A DNA stretch of 64,000 nt from Phormidesmis sp. (GCA_965248535.1 CBDFJR010000002.1:1792001-1856000), one strand, 5' to 3'; counted from the stretch's first letter, positions 49,988-60,628 are shown. Notes: generated by a model from the letters alone, not told the origin. Made by a program: numbers and translations.

Positions 49988-51215
49988 ATGTACGATTTTG
50001 CGATCGTTGGGGGTGGCATTATTGGGTTATCGACCGCGATGGCGTTAGGAAACCGCTATCCAGATGCCAAAATTTTGCTGCTAGAAAAAGAGAGTCAATG
50101 GGCCCATCATCAGACAGGACACAATAGTGGGGTGATTCACTCTGGTATTTACTATCAGCCAGGTAGCTTTAAGGCAAGGTTTTGTCAGGCAGGCAGGCAG
50201 TCGATGGTGCAGTTTTGCCAAACGCATCAAATCGATCATGAGGTGTGCGGCAAAGTCATAGTTGCCACTGAGCCAGAAGAGTTGGGGCTGTTAGAAACTC
50301 TCTATCAACGGGGGCTGCAAAATGGTCTCAAGGTTGAACGACTGACGGCAGAACACGTGCAAGGAATCGAGCCTCATATTCGGTCTTTAGCGGGAGTTCG
50401 AGTTGAGGCAACGGGGATTGTTAGCTATAGACAAGTCTGTCAAAAATATGCCGAGCTTGCGGCGGCTCAAGGTGCCGATTTGCGCCTCAATACGCGAGTT
50501 AAAACCCTGGTTAGAACTAAGGATGGCTATGAGATTGCGACCTCAAACGGCACGTTTAAGACTCGATTTGTGATTAACTGTGCGGGGCTGCACTGCGATC
50601 GCATGGCTCAACTGGCTCACGCAAAGCCCCCTGCCAAAATTATTCCTTTCCGAGGCGAATATTATGAGCTAATTCCAGAAAAGCGCTATCTCGTTAAGCA
50701 TCTGATTTATCCCGTTCCCAATCCCAACTTTCCTTTTTTGGGAGTTCACTTCACGCGCATGATTGACGGCACCGTTCATGCTGGCCCAAACGCGGTATTA
50801 AGCTTTAAGCGAGAAGGTTATCAAAAAACAGATTTTGATCTGCGAGATTTTGCCGAAGTGATGATGTATCCGGGCTTTTGGAAGCTGATGTCAAAGCACG
50901 CTGATCAAGGCATTCAAGAGATGATGCGATCGTGGAGCAAGGCACTATTTGTAAAAAGTCTGCAACGACTGATTCCAGAGGTGCAGGCTGACGATCTGGT
51001 GCCGACTCATGCCGGAGTCAGAGCACAAGCTTTAAGGCCCGATGGCAAGCTCGTCGATGACTTTTTAATGGTGCAAGAGGGCAAGGCGCTGCATGTTTAT
51101 AATGCATGTTTATAATGCGCCCTCTCCAGCAGCGACGGCCTCGATCGAGATTGGTCAAGCGATCGCTCGTCAGGTTGCGATCGTGACTCCTTTAACGAGT
51201 GCGTTTAAGAGTTAG
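49988..51215 (+). pseudogene. lhgO: L-2-hydroxyglutarate oxidase, truncated by a 13-bp tandem duplication
   Basis: GGGIIG, HQTGHNSGVIHSG, PFLGVHFT; TGCATGTTTATAA duplicated at 51090-51115 shifts NAPSPAATAS out of frame. Confidence 0.85.
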
Positions 51216-51254
51216 ACGTGTGAATTCAATCCTGTCAACTCTTTGCAGGGTTTG

Positions 51255-51404
51255 TTAGCTGCGATCGGCTTCGATTAATCTCAGATAACTCATGGTGCTG
51301 CAAAAGAAAAAAGGCACGAAGAACCAATTTGGAGAATTGAAATAGAGCCAGATCATTAAGACAAACCAAAGAATCAGGCAAACAGTTGCGAGGAACGTGT
51401 GCAT
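51255..51404 (-). CDS. Candidate 49-aa small membrane protein (not in ORF track)
   Basis: MHTFLATVCLILWFVLMIWLYFNSPNWFFVPFFFCSTMSYLRLIEADRS; hairpin follows the stop. Confidence 0.45.
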   Translation of the reverse strand: MHTFLATVCLILWFVLMIWLYFNSPNWFFVPFFFCSTMSYLRLIEADRS

Positions 51405-51533
51405 AGACTGGCAAGCCAACTTTCAGGGGTTTGCTCAGTCATTCAGCTTTTTACTCAGAAATCAGTTAAAAAACATTGAAGAAACCGTGAAGCCTAGCAC
51501 CCGTTTCTCGCAGCGATCTGCCGAGCCTAGCTT

Positions 51534-52496
51534 CTATCGATAGGCCTGCATGGGTTCTTTGATAAACCGAATGTAGAGATGCTTAAAAGTGGACTTTAAA
51601 ACACGAGGCGCACCAAAGTCGATCGGCATCATTTTCTCAGGCAGTTGCCAATCGTCTAGGCGCAGATCTTCGGGGCGAGAGTGCACGAAGGTGATCTGAC
51701 TCAAATCGGGACATAAGCCCAAACGCTGAGAGGCGACGATCGTGGGCACGATCGCGGGGTCTACCTGGAGAATTTCAACCAAGGCACGATCGAGAGCAAA
51801 GACATTATTGGATGCGCCTAAGATGCCGATCGCTCTCGGTTCGCCACCGCTGGGGCCATTGCCTTCATGCCCAATGATGCCGTCGAGAATGGTTAAATCG
51901 GGATTGATGGCGCGGGCAGTTTCGACGAGCATTGCCCCAAAGCGCTCTTGATCTTTTCCGGCTTCCATGTGCCACCAGGCTTTCATCTTGCCCGGAACGC
52001 AGCCAAACAGGTTTTTAACGCCCATCGTCAAGGTCAACTGCATATGAGATTTGACTTTGGGCAGATTGATCACGACATCGGCTTCCATGGCTTCTTTGGA
52101 TAGCAGCAGATGGTTAAAATCTTCGCTGACCACTTCGTAGCGTTTGCCTTTAAATTCAACGATCGGGACATCCAATTCTTCTAGCAGAGGCAAATAGCCA
52201 TTGGCTTTAGCAACGCCTCTGGCACTTCCAAAGGCTGGGCCGTCTCCTAAAAAGGGCAGTCCTCCGACTTCTTGAACCAGTTTTGCAACTTCATAAACCA
52301 GTTCTGGACGGGTGACGCATTCTTTAGTGGGGCGCGCACCTGTGAGCAGATTGGGCTTGAGCAAGACGCGATCGCCGGGTTTGACAAAAGCAGACATTCC
52401 ACCCAGTGGGGCTAATAACGTCTTGATCGAGGCACGAAGTTGGGCCCGATCGTAAGACGTTGCTCGAATCAAGCTCACAGAATTTGGACTTTGCAT
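51534..52496 (-). CDS. DUF362 domain protein
   Basis: GDRVLLKPNL, INLPKVKSH, GVKNLFG, DGI.GHEGNGP..G. Confidence 0.88.
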   Translation of the reverse strand: MQSPNSVSLIRATSYDRAQLRASIKTLLAPLGGMSAFVKPGDRVLLKPNLLTGARPTKECVTRPELVYEVAKLVQEVGGLPFLGDGPAFGSARGVAKANGYLPLLEELDVPIVEFKGKRYEVVSEDFNHLLLSKEAMEADVVINLPKVKSHMQLTLTMGVKNLFGCVPGKMKAWWHMEAGKDQERFGAMLVETARAINPDLTILDGIIGHEGNGPSGGEPRAIGILGASNNVFALDRALVEILQVDPAIVPTIVASQRLGLCPDLSQITFVHSRPEDLRLDDWQLPEKMMPIDFGAPRVLKSTFKHLYIRFIKEPMQAYR

Positions 52497-52646
52497 AACT
52501 TTAAACAGTAGTGAAGATTAACTACAGAGTGCCTCAACCCAAATCATAAGAGCAATCAAACCAATCAAACCCTAAATCCCTGCGGGAGCACAGCACCGTC
52601 ACGCCTGCTGATCTTGCCGACTCCCACCATGATTGAGTTGATTATT

Positions 52647-53798
52647 CTACGCCACCATAGGTTGACAGATTTCACCTTGCAGGGCTAACTCTTGCGTCTG
52701 CATGGTTTGAATCGACTCCATCACAATGCGTTGGGTGTCCCAGCCTTGTTGATGCTGCTTGAGCCAGCGCTGAGCTTCGTTGCCTTCGCGTAAGATCTTC
52801 TTGACTGGGAGCAAAAAGCAGCTAAAGCCGTGTTTTTTAGCGATCGGGTACACCTCTTCATAAAGCTGCTCAACCCAATCGCGGGCCAGAATGGGTTTGC
52901 CCGATCGCCAATCGATTAATTCAGCATCCAAGCTGGCATGGGCGGCGGCGGCTTCGTTGGCATCGGCGATCGCTACTAAGTCTTCTGCTCGCGTGGTGGC
53001 TGAAAGTTGACTGATCTCTAGCGGGTCAAGCTGCGGATCTTCGATCAGTTGATGCAGTCGGGCTTCTAGCAAAGCGGTAATGGCTAACAGCGCGATCGGA
53101 TCAGAGACTAAATCACAAATTCTTAACTCTAGGCGATTGAGATTATAAGGACGGCGATCGCCATTGGGACGCACCGACGACCAGAGATGACGCACGTTCT
53201 GCATCGTTCTAGCGGCTAATTGATCTTCTGTCCATTTAATGAAGTGAGCGTGACTTTCAAACAGGGGCACATGACTCGGCGTTTTGGGAAAGACAGCCCA
53301 ACGGCTAGAGTGAGAACCAGTCACTTCACCATTTAGAAACGGAGACGCAGCACTCAGCGCCAGATAGAGAGGTGCCTCAACGCGCACCAATCGACAAGCC
53401 CGCATCAACAACTCAGGGTCACTAATGCCGACATTGATGTGAACGCTTGCGGTTACAACTTTAGTGCCGTAAGTTTGTTCAATATAGTCGTGATAAGGGT
53501 TTCCAGGATCGGAGCGATGAAACTCATTAGCCCCAGATAATGCCAATGTGCTGCCGGGGATTAAGGTGTAGTCGCCTAACTGTTTTAGATAGGTTCGCAA
53601 TTGACTACGGGGACGCAGCAAGTCACACAGCGATCGTTCATAGCGATAGCTAGGCGCAGTCGTGTATTCAACATTGCGGGTGTCGGGTTCTCGCACAAAA
53701 CCATCTAATGCCGCCACAATTTTGTCTGACATCCCCACGACTTCGCCCGATGGCGTTCCGGTATAGACCTCGATTTCAAACCCTTTTGATAGCAGCAT
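52647..53798 (-). CDS. gshA: Glutamate--cysteine ligase (cyanobacterial type)
   Basis: KGFEIE, EPD.RNVEY, ASVHIN, HLWSSVRPNG, NRLELRICD. Confidence 0.92.
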   Translation of the reverse strand: MLLSKGFEIEVYTGTPSGEVVGMSDKIVAALDGFVREPDTRNVEYTTAPSYRYERSLCDLLRPRSQLRTYLKQLGDYTLIPGSTLALSGANEFHRSDPGNPYHDYIEQTYGTKVVTASVHINVGISDPELLMRACRLVRVEAPLYLALSAASPFLNGEVTGSHSSRWAVFPKTPSHVPLFESHAHFIKWTEDQLAARTMQNVRHLWSSVRPNGDRRPYNLNRLELRICDLVSDPIALLAITALLEARLHQLIEDPQLDPLEISQLSATTRAEDLVAIADANEAAAAHASLDAELIDWRSGKPILARDWVEQLYEEVYPIAKKHGFSCFLLPVKKILREGNEAQRWLKQHQQGWDTQRIVMESIQTMQTQELALQGEICQPMVA

Positions 53799-53958
53799 CT
53801 CGCCTCCGCAAGTTGAGCGATTCCATCTCTTCAGTATCACGGAAAAAGCGACGACTGCGAACTATCCAAAGAAAGGCTGTCCTCCCAAGGGGGATCGATC
53901 ACAAAACCTCAGAGATGGCATACTCTTCTAAGCCAGAGCGTGGTAGGGAGATGAAACT

Positions 53959-55047
53959 GTGGGATTGGGTAAATGGGTTGGGTTTTTAGGGTTAGCGATC
54001 GCGCTCTATATCTTGTGGGAGATTCGCGAGGTGTTGCTGTTGGTGTTTGCGGCCAGTCGTGTTTGCAACGGCACTCAATAGTCTGGTGCGGCGACTTCAG
54101 CGATCGGGGTTCAAGCGTGGAGGTGCGGTTGCCCTCTCGATCGTGACGTTCATAATCCTGTTAGTGGGCTTTATTGGGCTGATTGTGCCGCCGTTTATCG
54201 CTCAATTTCAGCAGTTAGTCCAACTCGTGCCGAAAGGACTCGACAACCTTCAGAATCGGTTTCAAGATATGCAGAATATGATTCCTGGCTACTCTCAATA
54301 TGTGCCGGGAGTGGATGATTTAATTCGGCAGATTCAGCCGTTAGCAACTCGCGTTGCCGGAAACTTTTTTGCCTGGTTTTCAAATGCGCTGGCGATCGTT
54401 ATTAACTTACTGCTAGTTGTGATCTTGACGGTGATGTTTTTGATCAATCCTCAACCCTATCGTCGAGGCTTGTTTTACTATTTCCCTCGTTTTATCGTCG
54501 GCGGGCTGACCAAATTTTCTCGCTGTGTGAGATTGCGCTGGTTAATTGGATCGGCGGCATCTTGATCAATATGGTGGTGATCGGCACGGTGAGCGGCATT
54601 GGCTTGCTAGTTTTGCGGGTGCCTTTGGTGTTAGCCAATGCGCTGTTGGCGGGGTTGTTAGAAGCGATTCCTAATGTCGGCCCAACGTTAAGTGTGATTC
54701 CACCTGTGGCGATCGCGCTGATCGAAGACCCGTGGAAGGCGGGGGCTGTGGTGGTTTTATACATTGTGATTCAGCAGCTTGAGCAATATTTGCTGGTGCC
54801 GTTTGTGATGTCAAAGCAGCTATCGATGCTGCCTGCGGTGACGTTGTTATCTCAAGTGGTCTTTGCCATCTTTTTTGGATTTTTAGGCCTGTTTCTAGCC
54901 ATTCCTTTAGTGATCGTGGGTCAGATTTGGCTGCAAGAAGTGTTGATCAAAGATGTGCTTGACCACTGGCATGAGAGTGAGAAGGTTGTAGCTGACCCAG
55001 CGATCGCTGATGACGGGTCGAGTGACGATTCAGAACCACTTTTCTGA
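53959..55047 (+). pseudogene. AI-2E family transporter with two single-base frameshifts (~54053 extra base, ~54470 missing base)
   Basis: Reconstructed MGLGKWVGFLGLAIALYILWEIREVLLLVFAA/VVFATAL...YRRG/VLLFPSFYRRRAD...IPNVGP...QQLE; both indels lie in short homopolymers. Confidence 0.8.
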
Positions 55048-55093
55048 GAAGTTGGGGATCTGATTTCTTCGCGTGCGAAAAGTCATCATCTAC

Positions 55094-56173
55094 CTAATAG
55101 CCATCGATCGACCAGTGAGGCGGGTCATATTCTAGTTTATAGACCCCATAAGAAGCGCCCACATCCCATAAATCAGCGTTGTCATTGCCAGCGCGAGGTG
55201 CCCCAATGCTCACGACTCGACCAGACGCATCTTTAATATTGAGATTGCCTTGCCACTCAATGATCCAATCAATGGCAAGGGCTTGAGTGTGCCGCGATCG
55301 TAGCGCCGCCGGATTTGAGCCAATGTCATAGGCATCAATCATCTGCTGCGCCGCCTGAATCGAAATCGCACTGGTGTATTGCACCCAATCAATATCCACC
55401 CCCGGCATCGAGGGCACATCTTCGGGCGCAATATCGCGATTGTTGATCGAGACACAATAGTGCATTAGATAAGCTCGTTCGGGTGGACGAAAGGTGGCTG
55501 TAACCTCGATCGTGGCTCCGGCATCTTTGAGGGCCTTTTGAAATGCTTGCACCCGTTGTCGAAATGGAGAAGCCAAATCATCGATCGACTTGCTGCCGGG
55601 AAAAAATCTCACCCACTGAGCACCGCTCAACCGTCCGCGCAGCCTGCGGGCATACTCTGTGAGAATTGTTAAGGCGGCCGCTAAATCCGTCCCTAGTTTT
55701 TGTTTGGTCGCCGCCGATAGCTGTTGCTCAAGCCGACCCTTAAAGGCCACATCAACCACCTTATAGGCTTCAGCCAATCCTCTAGTGCTGCCCAGGGCAA
55801 AGTTTCCGTCTCCCACCAGAGGAGGATTGAGCCGCCCGATCGCCGTCAAGCTGCGCTGCAAATCTCCCACTTCAGAAACGCCAAAATTGAGATAACTCAG
55901 CAACATGGCGGCGGTCAAACCCGCGACTCGATAGACAAACCCTTGAGCTAGGGCTTTGGTGTAGGTGCCCGTGCCGATAATGCCATCCACCGTCAAACCA
56001 TTCTTTTGCTGAAAGTCGCGAGTTGCCTTGTCTGTGACCGAGCCAAAGCCATTGTCAACGGCTCCGATCGGATAGTTTAAGTCTACTAAAAAGCGCTGCC
56101 AGGCTCCGACGGCCGACCCTGTTGAGCCTTGTCTTAAAACAGGTAGATTTAAAGCGCTGATTTTAAAAGCCAT
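55094..56173 (-). CDS. Peptidoglycan-binding protein with M15-like peptidase C-terminus
   Basis: LRQGSTG..V..WQ, VD.GFG..T..ATRDFQ..NGL.VDGI.G; SRH......D and DPPHW Zn motifs. Confidence 0.75.
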   Translation of the reverse strand: MAFKISALNLPVLRQGSTGSAVGAWQRFLVDLNYPIGAVDNGFGSVTDKATRDFQQKNGLTVDGIIGTGTYTKALAQGFVYRVAGLTAAMLLSYLNFGVSEVGDLQRSLTAIGRLNPPLVGDGNFALGSTRGLAEAYKVVDVAFKGRLEQQLSAATKQKLGTDLAAALTILTEYARRLRGRLSGAQWVRFFPGSKSIDDLASPFRQRVQAFQKALKDAGATIEVTATFRPPERAYLMHYCVSINNRDIAPEDVPSMPGVDIDWVQYTSAISIQAAQQMIDAYDIGSNPAALRSRHTQALAIDWIIEWQGNLNIKDASGRVVSIGAPRAGNDNADLWDVGASYGVYKLEYDPPHWSIDGY

Positions 56174-56290
56174 GACGATCGCTCCCCAACCTTGAGACAA
56201 AAAAATGAGTCATCGGTGATTTGGCTTTTAAGTATCGCCCGATCGCCCATCACTCATTCTCTTTTACTGAAAAGGTTCAGATTTGGATCG

Positions 56291-56932
56291 CTAATAATCT
56301 TCAGCCGGAGACTTCATTTTAGATTTCGCTTTAGCTGCACTCTTCTTAAGCGCAGTCAAACGCGACTCATATTTGCCTCTCAGCCGTTTTTTAGGAGTTT
56401 GATCGATCAGCGTTTTCAAGGCGCTGCCTAAACTTTTATAGGCATTGGGCAAGGTGTAGCCAAAGCGCGTTGCTAGAGAGATCGCTTTTTCGTCGGCTTC
56501 AGTTGCTTCTTTGAGACTGCGTTCACTATTATTCTTCTGGTAGAGACGAAACCCAGCCACCCCTGAAAGACCCAACGCCAACACTAACAGCAAGCCATCT
56601 TGCACCCACAGTTCACCCACTGCGCCGCCTAGCCCGATCGCTAACGCTGCCATCTCCCACCCATCTTTGGGGATTGTATCGGCCTGAATGCGAGCCACTT
56701 CATGCCAAAACAGCAAATTGCGCTGGTCGATCGCTAACTGATCCCACTTCGGCATATCGAGTTGAATCTCGACCTCATCGCGGCCGATCTCTTCACTCGT
56801 GATCAAACTCGGATTGACCGCAGTCGTCACCTCGATCGTCACCCAGCTTTGCAGTTCTGGAGGCAGCAGGGTTTTTAAGCGTCGCAGTTCGCCCATGTCG
56901 GCTCTGGCAGTCGAAGTAGCATACGATGTCAT
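56291..56932 (-). CDS. DUF3318 family protein
   Basis: ELRRLK.LLPPELQSW, QRNLLFWHEV, AIGLGGAVGELW. Confidence 0.85.
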   Translation of the reverse strand: MTSYATSTARADMGELRRLKTLLPPELQSWVTIEVTTAVNPSLITSEEIGRDEVEIQLDMPKWDQLAIDQRNLLFWHEVARIQADTIPKDGWEMAALAIGLGGAVGELWVQDGLLLVLALGLSGVAGFRLYQKNNSERSLKEATEADEKAISLATRFGYTLPNAYKSLGSALKTLIDQTPKKRLRGKYESRLTALKKSAAKAKSKMKSPAEDY

Positions 56933-57130
56933 GACTTCAGCCTCGAAGTTAAAGAAATTAAAATATAAACCTCTGCTTTGATGATAGCGATTCTGCCGAT
57001 CACTGAAGTGAGGTGCATCCATTGTGCCGGATCACCAGCAGATTCAGCAATAATCTTGCGAAATAGTCTTCAGACCAAAATGAGCGACTATCAAACGACA
57101 ATCGCTCAAGGGGTGAGCTAGACAGATTTT

Positions 57131-57310
57131 TTAATCAGCGAGTTCGATCGTGGGGGCAGGCTCAACCGTTGAGGGGCTGCTCGTTGTATAACAGGCAATC
57201 ACCCAAAGGGGTAAGACCAACGTGAGTAGAGCAATGACTGTGCCAATGATGTTTGCCGCAGTGTGGGCAGATTGCCCCGCAGGGCTGGTAGAGTGGCTAC
57301 CGGATTGCAT
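57131..57310 (-). CDS. 59-aa single-TM small protein (not in ORF track)
   Basis: MQSGSHSTSPAGQSAHTAANIIGTVIALLTLVLPLWVIACYTTSSPSTVEPAPTIELAD. Confidence 0.65.
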   Translation of the reverse strand: MQSGSHSTSPAGQSAHTAANIIGTVIALLTLVLPLWVIACYTTSSPSTVEPAPTIELAD

Positions 57311-57504
57311 AATTTATTCAAACAAACTCAACAAAATTAACCACAAAAGAGAACACTTCTTTGTTAGTTAACCCAAACGGAGGAAGAAAATTCTATCGCC
57401 CTCTCCTACCAATCTTAGCGATCGCTGCTTCGGTTTCCTGTTTTCAGCAAACAATCTATCAAAGGGTAGATCTCTAGTGTAACCAAGTTTAACGAAATGC
57501 GGCT

Positions 57505-57864
57505 TTAGTCGCGGGATTTAAGGGTCTGGTGAATGCCCCGTAGCTCAGTCAAGATCGCCTGCAAAAGCTCTTGTGTGGCATTGGGCTGAAGTTCTTGAAT
57601 CTCGATTGTGACGTGTTTAATTTTCAAAACGTCTCTCGCAAATCGGGCCACCTCGTTGGGGTGAAATAGCAGCACCTCAGCAGGACTAGAGCGCATTTCA
57701 GGGTTTAACCGCTTGGGATCATAGGCGAGATTAATCGAGTGGGGATCGGTGTTGGCATAGCGATAAACCGACGCTCTAGAGCGATTGAGCGTCTTCTGCA
57801 CTGCTTCAATATCCATCAACTCAAGAGAGGTCAGGGCCCCAACGTGAGAATCAACAACAGTCAT
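57505..57864 (-). CDS. Conserved cyanobacterial HTH protein (often mislabelled resolvase)
   Basis: MDIEAVQKTLNRSRASVYRY HTH; FHPNEVARFA. Confidence 0.7.
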   Translation of the reverse strand: MTVVDSHVGALTSLELMDIEAVQKTLNRSRASVYRYANTDPHSINLAYDPKRLNPEMRSSPAEVLLFHPNEVARFARDVLKIKHVTIEIQELQPNATQELLQAILTELRGIHQTLKSRD

Positions 57865-57944
57865 GGGAAGAATTTCTTGTAATTAGACGCGCAAATCTTA
57901 TCATAAGACTACTGGTGAAACGTCAGTTCGATCGCGTCAGTCCT

Positions 57945-57976
57945 AGATCTCCGACTTCTCAAGAAGTCGGAGATCT
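57945..57976. repeat. Perfect 15-bp-arm palindromic repeat
   Basis: AGATCTCCGACTTCT-CA-AGAAGTCGGAGATCT. Confidence 0.8.
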
Positions 57977-58003
57977 GAAGAGAAATTGTAAATCTGAAAA
58001 AAT

Positions 58004-58765
58004 CTAGTTGTTCATTGGGTTTAACCAACGGACGATCGTGGTTTCTAACTCTTGCAGTTCGCGATAGATCTCTTGGCGCATCCACTGCCCGATCGCATCA
58101 AACGGCGAAAATGAAGTGCCTGTCTGCCATTTCAAATCTTGCCCGATCGGGGTGGTGTGAGAGCCTTTGAGAATTTGAGAAGTCACCATACCCGGAAAGC
58201 GTTTCTTTAAAAGCTCTGACAGGGTATAGGTTTGATCGATCGAGTCATTGTCAAACTTGACCAATAGATTGCGCCGAATCTGATAGCGATCGCCAATCAT
58301 TTTGTTCATCTCTAACGGCGACGGCGTAAACTCCACCGAAAACACAGGCGAAAATTGCTCCACCAAAGGCACTGCATCTCGCGCTGAAAAGTTATTAAAT
58401 GAGATCAAAATATTTCCAGACCGCTCGACTTTAAACAGACTGCCAATTAACAGATGCAGTTTGCAGCCCATGCTGTGACCGATGCCATAGATAGGAATGT
58501 AGCGTTTTTTAATCAGGCGAGTTTGCAGAATTTCTAAAGCCCGATCGAAGCTTCTTAAAACCGACTCTGCAATCTCAATGTGATCAAAAGTGTTGACAAA
58601 CGGAGTCGCCACGATCGCATATCCCTGCCCAGCCAAGAATTCTAATAATCGCCGATAGGTAAGGTGAGGCGCAGTTGCCACAAACGCTCCGCCTAAAAAA
58701 TGCACGATCGCAATGGGTCGATCGGGCACCAAAACCCAGTTGCCAGAAATTTCTTGCCAGTCCAT
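58004..58765 (-). CDS. DUF1350 alpha/beta-hydrolase-like protein
   Basis: HFLGGAFVA..P..TY, GHSMGCKLHLL. Confidence 0.85.
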   Translation of the reverse strand: MDWQEISGNWVLVPDRPIAIVHFLGGAFVATAPHLTYRRLLEFLAGQGYAIVATPFVNTFDHIEIAESVLRSFDRALEILQTRLIKKRYIPIYGIGHSMGCKLHLLIGSLFKVERSGNILISFNNFSARDAVPLVEQFSPVFSVEFTPSPLEMNKMIGDRYQIRRNLLVKFDNDSIDQTYTLSELLKKRFPGMVTSQILKGSHTTPIGQDLKWQTGTSFSPFDAIGQWMRQEIYRELQELETTIVRWLNPMNN

Positions 58766-58950
58766 TCAGTCTTTGTGCTCAGAGTGCTTCCGATTTCTAT
58801 TGTGTCGTATTGGCTCACGTCTGCGCTTTTAAGGTATTTTTCTGAAAGTAGCGGTCATCGTAACCCGTTTGGTACGGTTCTACCCTCACTGATTTGGCCG
58901 AAATGCAGATAGGCTCTTATCAGATAGCGGTTAAGTGTGTCTCGGTTAGT

Positions 58951-60519
58951 ATGCACCATTGGATTTTGCCAACCTTAAGTGAGATTTTGACTCTCAGCAA
59001 TCAGCCCCAAGCGATCGCCGATCAAAGCGCTTGGAACTGTGAACCCGCGACTGAAGCAAGTCGGCACTCTACCCATGCCACGATCGCTCACCAGCGAGTC
59101 AGAGCAGAGCGAGAATGGTTTGGCGCGATCGCCGCTCTAGAATCTCTGCTGAAGCAAATCAAGCCGTCAAATTCTGCTGAATCCGTGCAGGGGTTAATTT
59201 TGTCGGGCCCGTTGCCTGTCATTAGCCAAACGGATCTAATGGCTCAGTTTGCCAGTTGGACGTTTACGGCCGATCCGACGGCGACTCTCATGGGCTTGCC
59301 CTTTCGCCTGTCGCCCGCGATTGATCAACCCACTTCGACCTGTGAAACTAACCCGTCACTGTCGCTGCTGCCCGGCGATCCCCTCGCGACTGAGCAATTT
59401 TCGATGGTGCTGACAGAGCAGTTTAGCCTAGTGATGGTGTTGGGCGAAAATCCTGACGGAGAACCGACCTTTTTGTTTACATTTGACCCCGAAGTGGTCG
59501 ATCGGGTTTGGCAAGTTTTGCGCCTGCGAGTGGTGCTGATGAATGCGTCGCAGATGGGCAGGCTAGACGCTTTGATGCAGCAGTTTCCTGCGATCGCGCC
59601 TCACTATAAATTAGTCACCCAGTTTAGTCACCTGCTGCTGTCTCATCTCGCCCCAGACGCAAAACCCACGCTTTTGAGCGAAGAGAACATCGAAGCCGCC
59701 CTGCACCGAACTCGCCAGAAAGCGGCGACTCATAAAGTTGGCAATAACCAAAAAAACAGCCATCCCACTCCTGATGATCTGTCTCAGCGCCTCTCTGAAG
59801 GCAAAAGCATTGATGTAGAACTGCTGCAAGCGATCGCCCACGAGGTTCGCACACCTCTCAGCACAATTCGCACGTTGACCCGATCGCTGCTCAAGCGTCG
59901 AGACCTGCCGCCCGATGTGCTGAAGCGGCTAGAAATGATCGATCGGGCGTGCAGTGAGCAAATCGATCGCTTTGGGCTGATCTTTCGGGCGGTTGAGTTA
60001 GAGACTTCTGCCACCAGTTTTGCGCTTTCGTCTCTCGCGCCGACTTCTCTAGCCGAGGTTTTGCAAGAAAGCATTCCTCGCTGGCAAAAGCAGGCCAGTC
60101 AGCGCAACCTGACCCTAGAGGTGAGCCTGCCTCGACAAATGCCAACGGTGGTCAGCGATCCGACGATGTTAGATCAAGCGTTGACGAGCTTAATTGATCG
60201 CTCGGCCCGCAGTTTGCCGTCGGGTAGCCATATTCAAGTCGAGGTGACCCTAGCCGGAAACCAACTCAAACTCCAGCTTGAGTCATCAGAGTCGGGGGCA
60301 GCGATCGAGTCACAGCCTCATCAACCTTTGCTCAAATCGCTGGGTCAAGTTCTCATGTTTCAACCCGAAACAGGGAGCTTGAGTCTCAATCTCAATGTGA
60401 CCAAAAACCTGTTTCAGGCCCTAGGCGGCAAGCTGATTGTGCGGCACCGCCCAGAGCGAGGCGAGGTGTTTACGCTCTTTTTGCCCTTAGAACCCGGTCG
60501 ATCTCAATCCCCTAATTAA
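58951..60519 (+). CDS. Cytoplasmic histidine kinase with atypical ATPase domain (Hik34-like)
   Basis: AHEVRTPL H-box; G boxes replaced by FQPETGSLSLNL. Confidence 0.7.
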   Translation: MHHWILPTLSEILTLSNQPQAIADQSAWNCEPATEASRHSTHATIAHQRVRAEREWFGAIAALESLLKQIKPSNSAESVQGLILSGPLPVISQTDLMAQFASWTFTADPTATLMGLPFRLSPAIDQPTSTCETNPSLSLLPGDPLATEQFSMVLTEQFSLVMVLGENPDGEPTFLFTFDPEVVDRVWQVLRLRVVLMNASQMGRLDALMQQFPAIAPHYKLVTQFSHLLLSHLAPDAKPTLLSEENIEAALHRTRQKAATHKVGNNQKNSHPTPDDLSQRLSEGKSIDVELLQAIAHEVRTPLSTIRTLTRSLLKRRDLPPDVLKRLEMIDRACSEQIDRFGLIFRAVELETSATSFALSSLAPTSLAEVLQESIPRWQKQASQRNLTLEVSLPRQMPTVVSDPTMLDQALTSLIDRSARSLPSGSHIQVEVTLAGNQLKLQLESSESGAAIESQPHQPLLKSLGQVLMFQPETGSLSLNLNVTKNLFQALGGKLIVRHRPERGEVFTLFLPLEPGRSQSPN

Positions 60520-60628
60520 GAACTCCTGCACGAATCCGGGAACGCCCTCCAAATCCTCCATTCTGGGGGATTTAGGGGGCAACCGTCCCGGCAATGACCC
60601 ATTAGAGGACTTTATACGGGTTATTTAA
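60517..60628. repeat. Degenerate MITE-like cyanobacterial repeat with GC hairpin
   Basis: GCCCTCCAAATCCTCCA-TTC-TGGGGGATTTAGGGGGC core with weak terminal inverted repeats. Confidence 0.5.

Noticed and set aside
53959..55047. Programmed frameshifting or phase variation in the AI-2E gene
   Set aside because: Two single-base indels in very short homopolymers look like sequencing errors or ordinary decay.
57505..57864. Resolvase/excisionase marking a mobile element
   Set aside because: No catalytic recombinase domain, and the neighbours are core cyanobacterial genes.
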